NCBI GenBank assembly: GCA_964057225.1
Contig: OZ059896.1
Location: 2,170,001 to 2,234,000 of the forward strand
Reading direction: 5' to 3'
Origin: Auanema rhodensis
Taxonomy: Eukaryota > Animalia > Nematoda
Length of the DNA: 64,000 bases
Shown: in pieces, positions 41,418 through 57,212 of the stretch
Layout of the letters: each line of letters starts with the position of its first letter
Numbering within the stretch: the stretch's first letter is position 1
Notes under the pieces: model-generated
Told to the model about the DNA's origin: nothing
Databases searched by the model: none
Seen by the model: the letters and a program-made list of their open reading frames with translations, nothing else
Program-made: the position numbers and the translations under genes

Positions 41418-44400
41418 ATATCAACTGATATAGGTTCACACTTATATCCTCGATTTTCACCGTGAAGAATTAATTTTTTTGTTGAATGACAATGTCCATC
41501 GTCTTTGTCTTGAAAAAAGAAATCTAAAAACATCTACTTTTTGTAAATTTATTCTGAAATTTTTCGGGAAAATGTTTGTCAAAATGTTTTTGGAAGCAAT
41601 GTTGAGTGTACATGGAAACTCAACATACACTAATGCATCATTTTTCAAACAATCATAACTAATTTCTGTATTGAGCGTTTCTTAATGTAGTATAGTACAT
41701 TCGATGCGGATTTTTAAGCTGCGTCGATCTGTGTTATCAGATTTGCGCTAGCTTAAAAATGAACCGAGATATCAACTGATATAGGTTCACACTTATATCC
41801 TCGATTTTCACCTTGAAGATTTGATTTTTTCGTTGAATAACATTGTCCATCGTCTTTGTCTTGAAAAAAGGAATCTAAAAACATCTACTTTTTGTGAAAT
41901 TATTTTGAAATTTTTCGGGAAAATTTTTGTCAAAATGTTTTTGGAAGCAATGTTGAGTGTACATGGAAACTCAACATACACTAATGCATCATTTTTCAAA
42001 CGATCATAACTAATTTTTGTATTGAGTGTTTCCCAATGTAGTATAGTGCATTCGATGTGGATTTTTAAGCTGCGTCGATCTGTGTTATCAGATTTGCGCT
42101 AGCTTAAAAATGCACCGAGATATCAACTGATATAAGTTCACACTTATATCCTCGATTTTCACCGTGAAGAATTAATTTTTTTGTTGAATGACAATGTCCA
42201 TCGTCTTTGTCTTGAAAAAAGGAATCTAAAAACATCTACTTTTTGTGAATTTATTCTGAAATTTTTCGGGAAAATGTTTGTCAAAATGTTTTTGGAAGCA
42301 ATGTTGAGTGTACATGGAAACTCAACATACACTAATGCATCATTTTTCAAACAATCATAACTAATTTTTGTATTGAGCGTTTCTTAATGTAGTATAGTAC
42401 ATTCGATGCGGATTGTTAAGCTGCGTCGATCTGTGTTATCAGATTTGCGCTAGCTTAAAAATGAACCGAGATATCAACTGATATAGGTTCACACTTATAT
42501 CCTCGATTTTCACCGTGAAGATTTGATTTTTTCGTTGAATAACATTGTCCATCGTCTTTGTCTTGAAAAAAGGAATCTAAAAACATCTACTTTTTGTGAA
42601 ATTATTTTGAAATTTTTCGGGAAAATTTTTGTCAAAATGTTTTTGGAAGCAATGTTGAGTGTACATGGAAACTCAACATACACTAATGCATCATTTTTCA
42701 AACGATCATAACTAATTTTTGTATTGAGTGTTTCCCAATGTAGTATAGTGCATTCGATGTGGATTTTTAAGCTGCGTCGATCTGTGTTATCAGATTTGCG
42801 CTAGCTTAAAAATGCACCGAGATATCAACTGATATAAGTTCACACTTATATCCTCGATTTTCACCCTGAAGAATTAATTTTTTTGTTGAATAACAATGTC
42901 CATCGTCTTTGTCTTGAAAAAAGGAATCTAAAAACATCTACTTTTTGTAAATTTATTCTGAAATTTTTCGGGAAAATGTTTGTCAAAATGTTTTTGGAAG
43001 CAATGTTGAGTGTACATGGAAACTCAACATACACTAATGCATCATTTTTCAAACAATCATAACTAATTTTTGTATTGAGCGTTTCTTAATGTAGTATAGT
43101 ACATTCGATGCGGATTTTTAAGCTGCGTCGATCTGTGTTATCAGATTTGCGCTAGCTTAAAAATGAACCGAGATATCAACTGATATAGGTTCACACTTAT
43201 ATCCTCGATTTTCACCGTGAAGATTTAATTTTTTCGTTGAATAACATTGTCCATCGTCTTTGTCTTGAAAAAAGGAATCTAAAAACATCTACTTTTTGTG
43301 AAATTATTTTGAAATTTTTCGGGAAAATTTTTGTCAAAATGTTTTTGGAAGCATTGTTGAGTGTACATGGAAACTCAACATACACTAATGCATCATTTTT
43401 CAAACGATCATAACTAACTTTTGTATTGAGTGTTTCCCAATGTAGTATAGTGCATTCGATGTGGATTTTTAAGCTGCGTCGATCTGTGTTATCAGATTTG
43501 CGCTAGCTTAAAAATGCACCGAGATATCAACTGATATAAGTTCACACTTATATCCTCGATTTTCACCCTGAAGAATTAATTTTTTTGTTGAATAACAATG
43601 TCCATCGTCTTTGTCTTGAAAAAAGGAATCTAAAAACATCTACTTTTTGTGAAATTATTTTGAAATTTTTCGGGAAAATTTTTGTCAAAATGTTTTTGGA
43701 AGCAATATTGAGTGTACATGGAAACTCAACATACACTAATGCATCATTTTTCAAACGATCATAACTAATTTTTGTATTGAGTGTTTCCCAATGTAGTATA
43801 GTGCATTCGATGTGGATTTTTAAGCTGCGTCGATCTGTGTTATCAGATTTGCGCTAGCTTAAAAATGCACCGAGATATCAACTGATATAAGTTCACACTT
43901 ATATCCTCGATTTTCACCGTGAAGAATTAATTTTTTTGTTGAATAACAATGTCCATCGTCTTTGTCTTGAAAAAAGGAATCTAAAAACATCTACTTTTTG
44001 TAAATTTATTCTGAAATTTTTCGGGAAAATGTTTGTCAAAATGTTTTTGGAAGCAATGTTGAGTGTACATGGAAACTCAACATACACTAATGCATCATTT
44101 TTCAAACAATCATAACTAATTTTTGTATTGAGCGTTTCTTAATGTAGTATAGTACATTCGATGCGGATTTTTAAGCTGCGTCGATCTGTGTTATCAGATT
44201 TGCGCTAGCTTAAAAATGAACCGAGATATCAACTGATATAGGTTCACACTTATATCCTCGATTTTCACCGTGAAGATTTGATTTTTTCGTTGAATAACAT
44301 TGTCCATCGTCTTTGTCTTGAAAAAAGGAATCTAAAAACATCTACTTTTTGTGAAAATATTTTGAAATTTTTCGGGAAAATTTTTGTCAAAATGTTTTTG

Positions 44401-47400
44401 GAAGCATTGTTGAGTGTACATGGAAACTCAACATACACTAATGCATCATTTTTCAAACGATCATAACTAATTTTTGTATTGAGCGTTTCTTAATGTAGTA
44501 TAGTGCATTCGATGCGGATTTTTAAGCTGCGTCGATCTGTGTTATCAGATTTGCGCTAGCTTAAAAATGAACCGAGATATCAACTGATATAGGTTCACAC
44601 TTATATCCTCGATTTTCACCGTGAAGAATTAATTTTTTTGTTGAATGACAATGTCCATCGTCTTTGTCTTGAAAAAAGGAATCTAAAAACATCTACTTTT
44701 TGTAAATTTATTCTGAAATTTTTCGGGAAAATGTTTGTCAAAATGTTTTTGGAAGCAATGTTGAGTGTACATGGAAACTCAACATACACTAATGCATCAT
44801 TTTTCAAACAATCATAACTAATTTTTGTATTGAGCGTTTCTTAATGTAGTATAGTACATTCGATGCGGATTTTTAAGCTGCGTCGATCTGTGTTATCAGA
44901 TTTGCGCTAGCTTAAAAATGAACCGAGATATCAACTGATATAGGTTCACACTTATATCCTCGATTTTCTCCGTGAAGATTTAATTTTTTCGTTGAATAAC
45001 ATTGTCCATCGTCTTTGTCTTGAAAAAAGAAATCTAAAAACATCTACTTTTTGTGAAATTATTTTGAAATTTTTCGGGAAAATTTTTGTCAAAATGTTTT
45101 TGGAAGCATTGTTGAGTGTACATGGAAACTCAACATACACTAATGCATCATTTTTCAAACGATCATAACTAATTTTTGTATTGAGCGTTTCTTAATGTAG
45201 TATAGTGCATTCGATGCGGATTTTTAAGCTGCGTCGATCTGTGTTATCAGATTTGCGCTAGCTTAAAAATGAACCGAGATATCAACTGATATAGGTTCAC
45301 ACTTATATCCTCGATTTTCACCGTGAAGAATTAATTTTTTTGTTGAATGACAATGTCCATCGTCTTTGTCTTGAAAAAAGGAATCTAAAAACATCTACTT
45401 TTTGTAAATTTATTCTGAAATTTTTCGGGAAAATGTTTGTCAAAATGTTTTTGGAAGCAATGTTGAGTGTACATGGAAACTCAACATACACTAATGCATC
45501 ATTTTTCAAACAATCATAACTAATTTTTGTATTGAGCGTTTCTTAATGTAGTATAGTACATTCGATGCGGATTTTTAAGCTGCGTCGATCTGTGTTATCA
45601 GATTTGCGCTAGCTTAAAAATGAACCGAGATATCAACTGATATAGGTTCACACTTATATCCTCGATTTTCACCGTGAAGATTTAATTTTTTCGTTGAATA
45701 ACATTGTCCATCGTCTTTGTCTTGAAAAAAGGAATCTAAAAACATCTACTTTTTGTGAAATTATTTTGAAATTTTTCGGGAAAATTTTTGTCAAAATGTT
45801 TTTGGAAGCATTGTTGAGTGTACATGGAAACTCAACATACACTAATGCATCATTTTTCAAACGATCATAACTAACTTTTGTATTGAGTGTTTCCCAATGT
45901 AGTATAGTGCATTCGATGTGGATTTTTAAGCTGCGTCGATCTGTGTTATCAGATTTGCGCTAGCTTAAAAATGCACCGAGATATCAACTGATATAAGTTC
46001 ACACATATATCCTCGATTTTCACCCTGAAGAATTAATTTTTTTGTTGAATAACAATGTCCATCGTCTTTGTCTTGAAAAAAGGAATCTAAAAACATCTAC
46101 TTTTTGTGAAATTATTTTGAAATTTTTCGGGAAAATTTTTGTCAAAATGTTTTTGGAAGCAATGTTGAGTGTACATGGAAACTCAACATACACTAATGCA
46201 TCATTTTTCAAACGATCATAACTAATTTTTGTATTGAGTGTTTTCCAATGTAGTATAGTGCATTCGATGTGGATTTTTAAGCTGCGTCGATCTGTGTTAT
46301 CAGATTTGCGCTAGCTTAAAAATGCACCGAGATATCAACTGATATAAGTTCACACTTATATCCTCGATTTTCACCGTGAAGAATTAATTTTTTTGTTGAA
46401 TAACAATGTCCATCGTCTTTGTCTTGAAAAAAGGAATCTAAAAACATCTACTTTTTGTAAATTTATTCTGAAATTTTTCGGGAAAATGTTTGTCAAAATG
46501 TTTTTGGAAGCAATGTTGAGTGTACATGGAAACTCAACATACACTAATGCATCATTTTTCAAACAATCATAACTAATTTTTGTATTGAGCGTTTCTTAAT
46601 GTAGTATAGTACATTCGATGCGGATTTTTAAGCTGCGTCGATCTGTGTTATCAGATTTGCGCTAGCTTAAAAATGAACCGAGATATCAACTGATATAGGT
46701 TCACACTTATATCCTCGATTTTCACCGTGAAGATTTGATTTTTTCGTTGAATAACATTGTCCATCGTCTTTGTCTTGAAAAAAGGAATCTAAAAACATCT
46801 ACTTTTTGTGAAATTATTTTGAAATTTTTCGGGAAAATTTTTGTCAAAATGTTTTTGGAAGCAATGTTGAGTGTACATGGAAACTCAACATACACTAATG
46901 CATCATTTTTCAAACGATCATAACTAATTTTTGTATTGAGTGTTTCCCAATGTAGTATAGTGCATTCGATGTGGATTTTTAAGCTGCGTCGATCTGTGTT
47001 ATCAGATTTGCGCTAGCTTAAAAATGCACCGAGATATCAACTGATATAAGTTCACACTTATATCCTCGATTTTCACCCTGAAGAATTAATTTTTTTGTTG
47101 AATAACAATGTCCATCGTCTTTGTCTTGAAAAAAGGAATCTAAAAACATCTACTTTTTGTGAAATTATTTTGAAATTTTTCGGGAAAATTTTTGTCAAAA
47201 TGTTTTTGGAAGCAATGTTGAGTGTACATGGAAACTCAACATACACTAATGCATCATTTTTCAAACGATCATAACTAATTTTTGTATTGAGTGTTTCCCA
47301 ATGTAGTATAGTGCATTCGATGTGGATTTTTAAGCTGCGTCGATCTGTGTTATCAGATTTGCGCTAGCTTAAAAATGCACCGAGATATCAACTGATATAA

Positions 47401-47735
47401 GTTCACACTTATATCCTCGATTTTCACCCTGAAGAATTAATTTTTTTGTTGAATAACAATGTCCATCGTCTTTGTCTTGAAAAAAGGAATCTAAAAACAT
47501 CTACTTTTTGTGAAATTATTTTGAAATTTTTCGGGAAAATTTTTGTCAAAATGTTTTTGGAAGCAATGTTGAGTGTACATGGAAACTCAACATACACTAA
47601 TGCATCATTTTTCAAACGATCATAACTAATTTTTGTATTGAGTGTTTCCCAATGTAGTATAGTGCATTCGATGCGGATTTTTAAGCTGCGTCGATCTGTG
47701 TTATCAGATTTGCGCTAGCTTAAAAATGCACCGAG

Positions 47736-50700
47736 ATATTAACTGATATAAGTTCACACTTATATCCTCGATTTTCACCCTGAAGAATTAATTTTTTTGT
47801 TGAATGACAATGTCCATCGTCTTTGTCTTGAAAAAAGGAATCTAAAAACATCTACTTTTTGTGAAATTATTTTGAAATTTTTCGGGAAAATTTTTGTCAA
47901 AATGTTTTTGGAAGCAATGTTGAGTGTACATGGAAACTCAACATACACTAATGCATCATTTTTCAAACGATCATAACTAATTTTTGTATTGAGTGTTTCC
48001 CAATGTAGTATAGTGCATTCGATGCGGATTTTTAAGCTGAGTCGATCTGTGTTATCAGATTTGCGCTAGCTTAAAAATGCACCGAGATATTAACTGATAT
48101 AAGTTCACACTTATATCCTCGATTTTCACCCTGAAGAATTAATTTTTTTGTTGAATGACAATGTCCATCGTCTTTGTCTTGAAAAAAGGAATCTAAAAAC
48201 ATCTACTTTTTGTAAATTTATTCTGAAATTTTTCGGGAAAATGTTTGTCAAAATGTTTTTGGAAACAATGTTGAGTGTACATGGAAACTCAACATACACT
48301 AATGCATCATTTTTCAAACAATCATAACTAATTTTTGTATTGAGCGTTTCTTAATGTAGTATAGTACATTCGATGCGGATTTTTAAGCTGCGTCGATCTG
48401 TGTTATCAGATTTGCGCTAGCTTAAAAATGAACCGAGATATCAACTGATATAGGTTCACACTTATATCCTCGATTTTCACCCTGAAGATTTAATTTTTTC
48501 GTTGAATAACATTGTCCATCGTCTTTGTCTTGAAAAAAGGAATCTAAAAACATCTACTTTTTGTGAAATTATTTTGAAATTTTTCGGGAAAATTTTTGTC
48601 AAAATGTTTTTGGAAGCATTGTTGAGTGTACATGGAAACTCAACATACACTAATGCATCATTTTTCAAACGATCATAACTAATTTTTGTATTGAGCGTTT
48701 CTTAATGTAGTATAGTGCATTCGATGCGGATTTTTAAGCTGCGTCGATCTGTGTTATCAGATTTGCGCTAGCTTAAAAATGAACCGAGATATCAACTGAT
48801 ATAGGTTCACACTTATATCCTCGATTTTCACCGTGAAGAATTAATTTTTTTGTTGAATGACAATGTCCATCGTCTTTGTCTTGAAAAAAGGAATCTAAAA
48901 ACATCTACTTTTTGTAAATTTATTCTGAAATTTTTTGGGAAAATGTTTGTCAAAATGTTTTTGGAAGCAATGTTGAGTGTACATGGAAACTCAACATACA
49001 CTAATGCATCATTTTTCAAACAATCATAACTAATTTTTGTATTGAGCGTTTCTTAATGTAGTATAGTACATTCGATGCGGATTTTTAAGCTGCGTCGATC
49101 TGTGTTATCAGATTTGCGCTAGCTTAAAAATGAACCGAGATATCAACTGATATAGGTTCACACTTATATCCTCGATTTTCACCGTGAAGATTTAATTTTT
49201 TCGTTGAATAACATTGTCCATCGTCTTTGTCTTGAAAAAAGGAATCTAAAAACATCTACTTTTTGTGAAATTATTTTGAAATTTTTCGGGAAAATTTTTG
49301 TCAAAATGTTTTTGGAAGCATTGTTGAGTGTACATGGAAACTCAACATACACTAATGCATCATTTTTCAAACGATCATAACTAACTTTTGTATTGAGTGT
49401 TTCCCAATGTAGTATAGTGCATTCGATGTGGATTTTTAAGCTGCGTCGATCTGTGTTATCAGATTTGCGCTAGCTTAAAAATGCACCGAGATATCAACTG
49501 ATATAAGTTCACACTTATATCCTCGATTTTCACCCTGAAGAATTAATTTTTTTGTTGAATAACAATGTCCATCGTCTTTGTCTTGAAAAAAGGAATCTAA
49601 AAACATCTACTTTTTGTGAAATTATTTTGAAATTTTTCGGGAAAATTTTTGTCAAAATGTTTTTGGAAGCAATGTTGAGTGTACATGGAAACTCAACATA
49701 CACTAATGCATCATTTTTCAAACGATCATAACTAATTTTTGTATTGAGTGTTTCCCAATGTAGTATAGTGCATTCGATGTTTATTTTTAAGCTGCGTCGA
49801 TCTGTGTTATCAGATTTGCGCTAGCTTAAAAATGCACCGAGATATCAACTGATATAAGTTCACACTTATATCCTCGATTTTCACCGTGAAGAATTAATTT
49901 TTTTGTTGAATAACAATGTCCATCGTCTTTGTCTTGAAAAAAGGAATCTAAAAACATCTACTTTTTGTAAATTTATTCTGAAATTTTTCGGGAAAATGTT
50001 TGTCAAAATGTTTTTGGAAGCAATGTTGAGTGTACATGGAAACTCAACATACACTAATGCATCATTTTTCAAACAATCATAACTAATTTTTGTATTGAGC
50101 GTTTCTTAATGTAGTATAGTACATTCGATGCGGATTTTTAAGCTGCGTCGATCTGTGTTATCAGATTTGCGCTAGCTTAAAAATGAACCGAGATATCAAC
50201 TGATATAGGTTCACACTTATATCCTCGATTTTCACCGTGAAGATTTAATTTTTTCGTTGAATAACATTGTCCATCGTCTTTGTCTTGAAAAAAGGAATCT
50301 AAAAACATCTACTTTTTGTGAAATTATTTTGAAATTTTTCGGGAAAATTTTTGTCAAAATGTTTTTGGAAGCATTGTTGAGTGTACATGGAAACTCAACA
50401 TACACTAATGCATCATTTTTCAAACGATCATAACTAATTTTTGTATTGAGTGTTTCCCAATGTAGTATAGTGCATTCGATGCGGATTTTTAAGCTGCGTC
50501 GATCTGTGTTATCAGATTTGCGCTAGCTTAAAAATGCACCGAGATATTAACTGATATAAGTTCACACTTATATCCTCGATTTTCACCCTGAAGAATTAAT
50601 TTTTTTGTTGAATGACAATGTCCATCGTCTTTGTCTTGAAAAAAGGAATCTAAAAACATCTACTTTTTGTGAAATTATTTTGAAATTTTTCGGGAAAATT

Positions 50701-53000
50701 TTTGTCAAAATGTTTTTGGAAGCAATGTTGAGTGTACATGGAAACTCAACATACACTAATGCATCATTTTTCAAACGATCATAACTAATTTTTGTATTGA
50801 GTGTTTCCCAATGTAGTATAGTGCATTCGATGCGGATTTTTAAGCTGCGTCGATCTGTGTTATCAGATTTGCGCTAGCTTAAAAATGCACCGAGATATTA
50901 ACTGATATAAGTTCACACTTATATCCTCGATTTTCACCCTGAAGAATTAATTTTTTTGTTGAATGACAATGTCCATCGTCTTTGTCTTGAAAAAAGGAAT
51001 CTAAAAACATCTACTTTTTGTAAATTTATTCTGAAATTTTTCGGGAAAATGTTTGTCAAAATGTTTTTGGAAACAATGTTGAGTGTACATGGAAACTCAA
51101 CATACACTAATGCATCATTTTTCAAACAATCATAACTAATTTTTGTATTGAGCGTTTCTTAATGTAGTATAGTACATTCGATGCGGATTTTTAAGCTGCG
51201 TCGATCTGTGTTATCAGATTTGCGCTAGCTTAAAAATGAACCGAGATATCAACTGATATAGGTTCACACTTATATCCTCGATTTTCACCCTGAAGATTTA
51301 ATTTTTTCGTTGAATAACATTGTCCATCGTCTTTGTCTTGAAAAAAGGAATCTAAAAACATCTACTTTTTGTGAAATTATTTTGAAATTTTTCGGGAAAA
51401 TTTTTGTCAAAATGTTTTTGGAAGCATTGTTGAGTGTACATGGAAACTCAACATACACTAATGCATCATTTTTCAAACGATCATAACTAATTTTTGTATT
51501 GAGCGTTTCTTAATGTAGTATAGTGCATTCGATGCGGATTTTTAAGCTGCGTCGATCTGTGTTATCAGATTTGCGCTAGCTTAAAAATGAACCGAGATAT
51601 CAACTGATATAGGTTCACACTTATATCCTCGATTTTCACCGTGAAGAATTAATTTTTTTGTTGAATGACAATGTCCATCGTCTTTGTCTTGAAAAAAGGA
51701 ATCTAAAAACATCTACTTTTTGTAAATTTATTCTGAAATTTTTTGGGAAAATGTTTGTCAAAATGTTTTTGGAAGCAATGTTGAGTGTACATGGAAACTC
51801 AACATACACTAATGCATCATTTTTCAAACAATCATAACTAATTTTTGTATTGAGCGTTTCTTAATGTGGTATAGTACATTCGATGCGGATTTTTAAGCTG
51901 CGTCGATCTGTGTTATCAGATTTGCGCTAGCTTAAAAATGAACCGAGATATCAACTGATATAGGTTCACACTTATATCCTCGATTTTCACCGTGAAGATT
52001 TAATTTTTTCGTTGAATAACATTGTCCATCGTCTTTGTCTTGAAAAAAGGAATCTAAAAACATCTACTTTTTGTGAAATTATTTTGAAATTTTTCGGGAA
52101 AATTTTTGTCAAAATGTTTTTGGAAGCATTGTTGAGTGTACATGGAAACTCAACATACACTAATGCATCATTTTTCAAACGATCATAACTAACTTTTGTA
52201 TTGAGTGTTTCCCAATGTAGTATAGTGCATTCGATGTGGATTTTTAAGCTGCGTCGATCTGTGTTATCAGATTTGCGCTAGCTTAAAAATGCACCGAGAT
52301 ATCAACTGATATAAGTTCACACTTATATCCTCGATTTTCACCGTGAAGAATTAATTTTTTTGTTGAATAACAATGTCCATCGTCTTTGTCTTGAAAAAAG
52401 GAATCTAAAAACATCTACTTTTTGTAAATTTATTCTGAAATTTTTCGGGAAAATGTTTGTCAAAATGTTTTTGGAAGCAATGTTGAGTGTACATGGAAAC
52501 TCAACATACACTAATGCATCATTTTTCAAACAATCATAACTAATTTTTGTATTGAGCGTTTCTTAATGTAGTATAGTACATTCGATGCGGATTTTTAAGC
52601 TGCGTCGATCTGTGTTATCAGATTTGCGCTAGCTTAAAAATGAACCGAGATATCAACTGATATAGGTTCACACTTATATCCTCGATTTTCACCGTGAAGA
52701 TTTAATTTTTTCGTTGAATAACATTGTCCATCGTCTTTGTCTTGAAAAAAGGAATCTAAAAACATCTACTTTTTGTGAAATTATTTTGAAATTTTTCGGG
52801 AAAATTTTTGTCAAAATGTTTTTGGAAGCATTGTTGAGTGTACATGGAAACTCAACATACACTAATGCATCATTTTTCAAACGATCATAACTAACTTTTG
52901 TATTGAGTGTTTCCCAATGTAGTATAGTGCATTCGATGTGGATTTTTAAGCTGCGTCGATCTGTGTTATCAGATTTGCGCTAGCTTAAAAATGCACCGAG
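47736..53000. repeat. 8-mer (2808 bp) duplicated as a 7-mer (copies 137-144 and 145-151)
   Basis: Private TTTTTTGGGA variant at 48936 and 51744 (2808 bp apart). Haplotype order is the same, with one monomer missing from the second unit. Confidence 0.85.
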
Positions 53001-56000
53001 ATATCAACTGATATAAGTTCACACTTATATCCTCGATTTTCACCCTGAAGAATTAATTTTTTTGTTGAATAACAATGTCCATCGTCTTTGTCTTGAAAAA
53101 AGGAATCTAAAAACATCTACTTTTTGTGAAATTATTTTGAAATTTTTCGGGAAAATTTTTGTCAAAATGTTTTTGGAAGCAATGTTGAGTGTACATGGAA
53201 ACTCAACATACACTAATGCATCATTTTTCAAACGATCATAACTAATTTTTGTATTGAGTGTTTCCCAATGTAGTATAGTGCATTCGATGTGGATTTTTAA
53301 GCTGCGTCGATCTGTGTTATCAGATTTGCGCTAGCTTGAAAATGCACCGAGATATCAACTGATATAAGTTCACACTTATATCCTCGATTTTCACCCTGAA
53401 GAATTAATTTTTTTGTTGAATAACAATGTCCATCGTCTTTGTCTTGAAAAAAGGAATCTAAAAACATCTACTTTTTGTGAAATTATTTTGAAATTTTTCG
53501 GGAAAATTTTTGTCAAAATGTTTTTGGAAGCAATGTTGAGTGTACATGGAAACTCAACATACACTAATGCATCATTTTTCAAACGATCATAACTAATTTT
53601 TGTATTGAGTGTTTCCCAATGTAGTATAGTGCATTCGATGTGGATTTTTAAGCTGCGTCGATCTGTGTTATCAGATTTGCGCTAGCTTAAAAATGAACCG
53701 AGATATCAACTGATATAGGTTCACACTTATATCCTCGATTTTCACCGTGAAGATTTAATTTTTTCGTTGAATAACATTGTCCATCGTCTTTGTCTTGAAA
53801 AAAGGAATCTAAAAACATCTACTTTTTGTGAAATTATTCTGAAATTTTTCGGGAAAATTTTTGTCAAAATGTTTTTGGAAGCAATGTTGAGTGTACATGG
53901 AAACTCAACATACACTAATGCATCATTTTTCAAACGATCATAACTAATTTTTGTATTGAGTGTTTCCCAATGTAGTATAGTGCATTCGATGTGGATTTTT
54001 AAGCTGCGTCGATCTGTGTTATCAGATTTGCGCTAGCTTAAAAATGAACCGAGATATCAACTGATATAGGTTCACACTTATATCCTCGATTTTCACCGTG
54101 AAGATTTAATTTTTTCGTTGAATAACATTGTCCATCGTCTTTGTCTTGAAAAAAGGAATCTAAAAACATCTACTTTTCGTGAAATTATTTTGAAATTTTT
54201 CGGGAAAATTTTTGTCAAAATGTTTTTGGAAGCATTGTTGAGTGTACATGGAAACTCAACATACACTAATGCATCATTTTTCAAACGATCATAACTAACT
54301 TTTGTATTGAGTGTTTCCCAATGTAGTATAGTGCATTCGATGTGGATTTTTAAGCTGCGTCGATCTGTGTTATCAGATTTGCGCTAGCTTAAAAATGCAC
54401 CGAGATATCAACTGATATAAGTTCACACTTATATCCTCGATTTTCACCCTGAAGAATTAATTTTTTTGTTGAATAACAATGTCCATCGTCTTTGTCTTGA
54501 AAAAAGGAATCTAAAAACATCTACTTTTTGTGAAATTATTTTGAAATTTTTCGGGAAAATTTTTGTCAAAATGTTTTTGGAAGCAATGTTGAGTGTACAT
54601 GGAAACTCAACATACACTAATGCATCATTTTTCAAACGATCATAACTAATTTTTGTATTGAGTGTTTCCCAATGTAGTATAGTGCATTCGATGTGGATTT
54701 TTAAGCTGCGTCGATCTGTGTTATCAGATTTGCGCTAGCTTGAAAATGCACCGAGATATCAACTGATAAAAGTTCACACTTATATCCTCGATTTTCACCC
54801 TGAAGAATTAATTTTTTTGTTGAATAACAATGTCCATCGTCTTTGTCTTGAAAAAAGGAATCTAAAAACATCTACTTTTTGTGAAATTATTTTGAAATTT
54901 TTCGGGAAAATTTTTGTCAAAATGTTTTTGGAAGCAATGTTGAGTGTACATGGAAACTCAACATACACTAATGCATCATTTTTCAAACGATCATAACTAA
55001 TTTTTGTATTGAGTGTTTCCCAATGTAGTATAGTGCATTCGATGCGGATTTTTAAGCTGCGTCGATCTGTGTTATCAGATTTGCGCTAGCTTAAAAATGA
55101 ACCGAGATATCAACTGATATAGGTTCACACTTATATCCTCGATTTTCACCCTGAAGATTTAATTTTTTCGTTGAATAACATTGTCCATCGTCTTTGTCTT
55201 GAAAAAAGGAATCTAAGAACATCTACTTTTTGTGAAATTATTTTGAAATTTTTCGGGAAAATTTTTGTCAAAATGTTTTTGGAAGCATTGTTGAGTGTAC
55301 ATGGAAACTCAACATACACTAATGCATCATTTTTCAAACGATCATAACTAATTTTTGTATTGAGCGTTTCTCCATGTAGTATAGTGCATTCGATGCGGAT
55401 TTTTAAGCTGCGTCGATCTGTGTTATCAGATTTGCGCTAGCTTGAAAATGCACCGAGATATCAACTGATATAGGTTCACACTTATATCCTCGATTTTCAC
55501 CGTGAAGAATTAATTTTTTTGTTGAATAACAATGTCCATCGTCTTTGTCTTGAAAAAAGGAATCTAAAAACATCTACTTTTTGTGAAATTATTTTGAAAT
55601 TTTTCGGGAAAATTTTTGTCAAAATGTTTTTGGAAGCAATGTTGAGTGTACATGGAAACTCAACATACACTAATGCATCATTTTTCAAACGATCATAACT
55701 AATTTTTGTATTGAGTGTTTCTCAATGTAGTATAGTGCATTCGATGCGGATTTTTAAGCTGCGTCGATCTGTGTTATCAGATTTGCGCTAGCTTAAAAAT
55801 GCACCGAGATATCAACTGATATAAGTTCACACTTATATCCTCGATTTTCACCCTGAAGAATTAATTTTTTTGTTGAATGACAATGTCCATCGTCTTTGTC
55901 TTGAAAAAAGGAATCTAAAAACATCTACTTTTTGTAAATTTATTCTGAAATTTTTCGGGAAAATTTTTGTCAAAATGTTTTTGGAAGCATTGTTGAGTGT

Positions 56001-57212
56001 ACATGGAAACTCAACATACACTAATGCATCATTTTTCAAACGATCATAACTAACTTTTGTATTGAGTGTTTCCCAATGTAGTATAGTGCATTCGATGTGG
56101 ATTTTTAAGCTGCGTCGATCTGTGTTATCAGATTTGCGCTAGCTTAAAAATGCACCGAGATATCAACTGATATAAGTTCACACTTATATCCTCGATTTTC
56201 ACCCTGAAGAATTAATTTTTTTGTTGAATAACAATGTCCATCGTCTTTGTCTTGAAAAAAGGAATCTAAAAACATCTACTTTTTGTGAAATTATTTTGAA
56301 ATTTTTCGGGAAAATTTTTGTCAAAATGTTTTTGGAAGCAATGTTGAGTGTACATGGAAACTCAACATACACTAATGCATCATTTTTCAAACGATCATAA
56401 CTAATTTTTGTATTGAGTGTTTCCCAATGTAGTATAGTGCATTCGATGTGGATTTTTAAGCTGCGTCGATCTGTGTTATCAGATTTGCGCTAGCTTGAAA
56501 ATGCACCGAGATATCAACTGATATAAGTTCACACTTATATCCTTGATTTTCACCCTGAAGAATTAATTTTTTTGTTGAATAACAATGTCCATCGTCTTTG
56601 TCTTGAAAAAAGGAATCTAAAAACATCTACTTTTTGTGAAATTATTTTGAAATTTTTCGGGAAAATTTTTGTCAAAATGTTTTTGGAAGCAATGTTGAGT
56701 GTACATGGAAACTCAACATACACTAATGCATCATTTTTCAAACGATCATAACTAATTTTTGTATTGAGTGTTTCCCAATGTAGTATAGTGCATTCGATGC
56801 GGATTTTTAAGCTGCGTCGATCTGTGTTATCAGATTTGCGCTAGCTTAAAAATGAACCGAGATATCAACTGATATAGGTTCACACTTATATCCTCGATTT
56901 TCACCCTGAAGATTTAATTTTTTCGTTGAATAACATTGTCCATCGTCTTTGTCTTGAAAAAAGGAATCTAAGAACATCTACTTTTTGTGAAATTATTTTG
57001 AAATTTTTCGGGAAAATTTTTGTCAAAATGTTTTTGGAAGCATTGTTGAGTGTACATGGAAACTCAACATACACTAATGCATCATTTTTCAAACGATCAT
57101 AACTAATTTTTGTATTGAGCGTTTCTCCATGTAGTATAGTGCATTCGATGCGGATTTTTAAGCTGCGTCGATCTGTGTTATCAGATTTGCGCTAGCTTGA
57201 AAATGCACCGAG

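Noticed and set aside
41821-46923. Four 62-aa plus-strand ORFs (MIFSLNN...) and the 68-aa read-through at 44952
   Set aside because: Each is created by a single SNP (TTA>TTG, or loss of TGA) in otherwise ordinary monomers.
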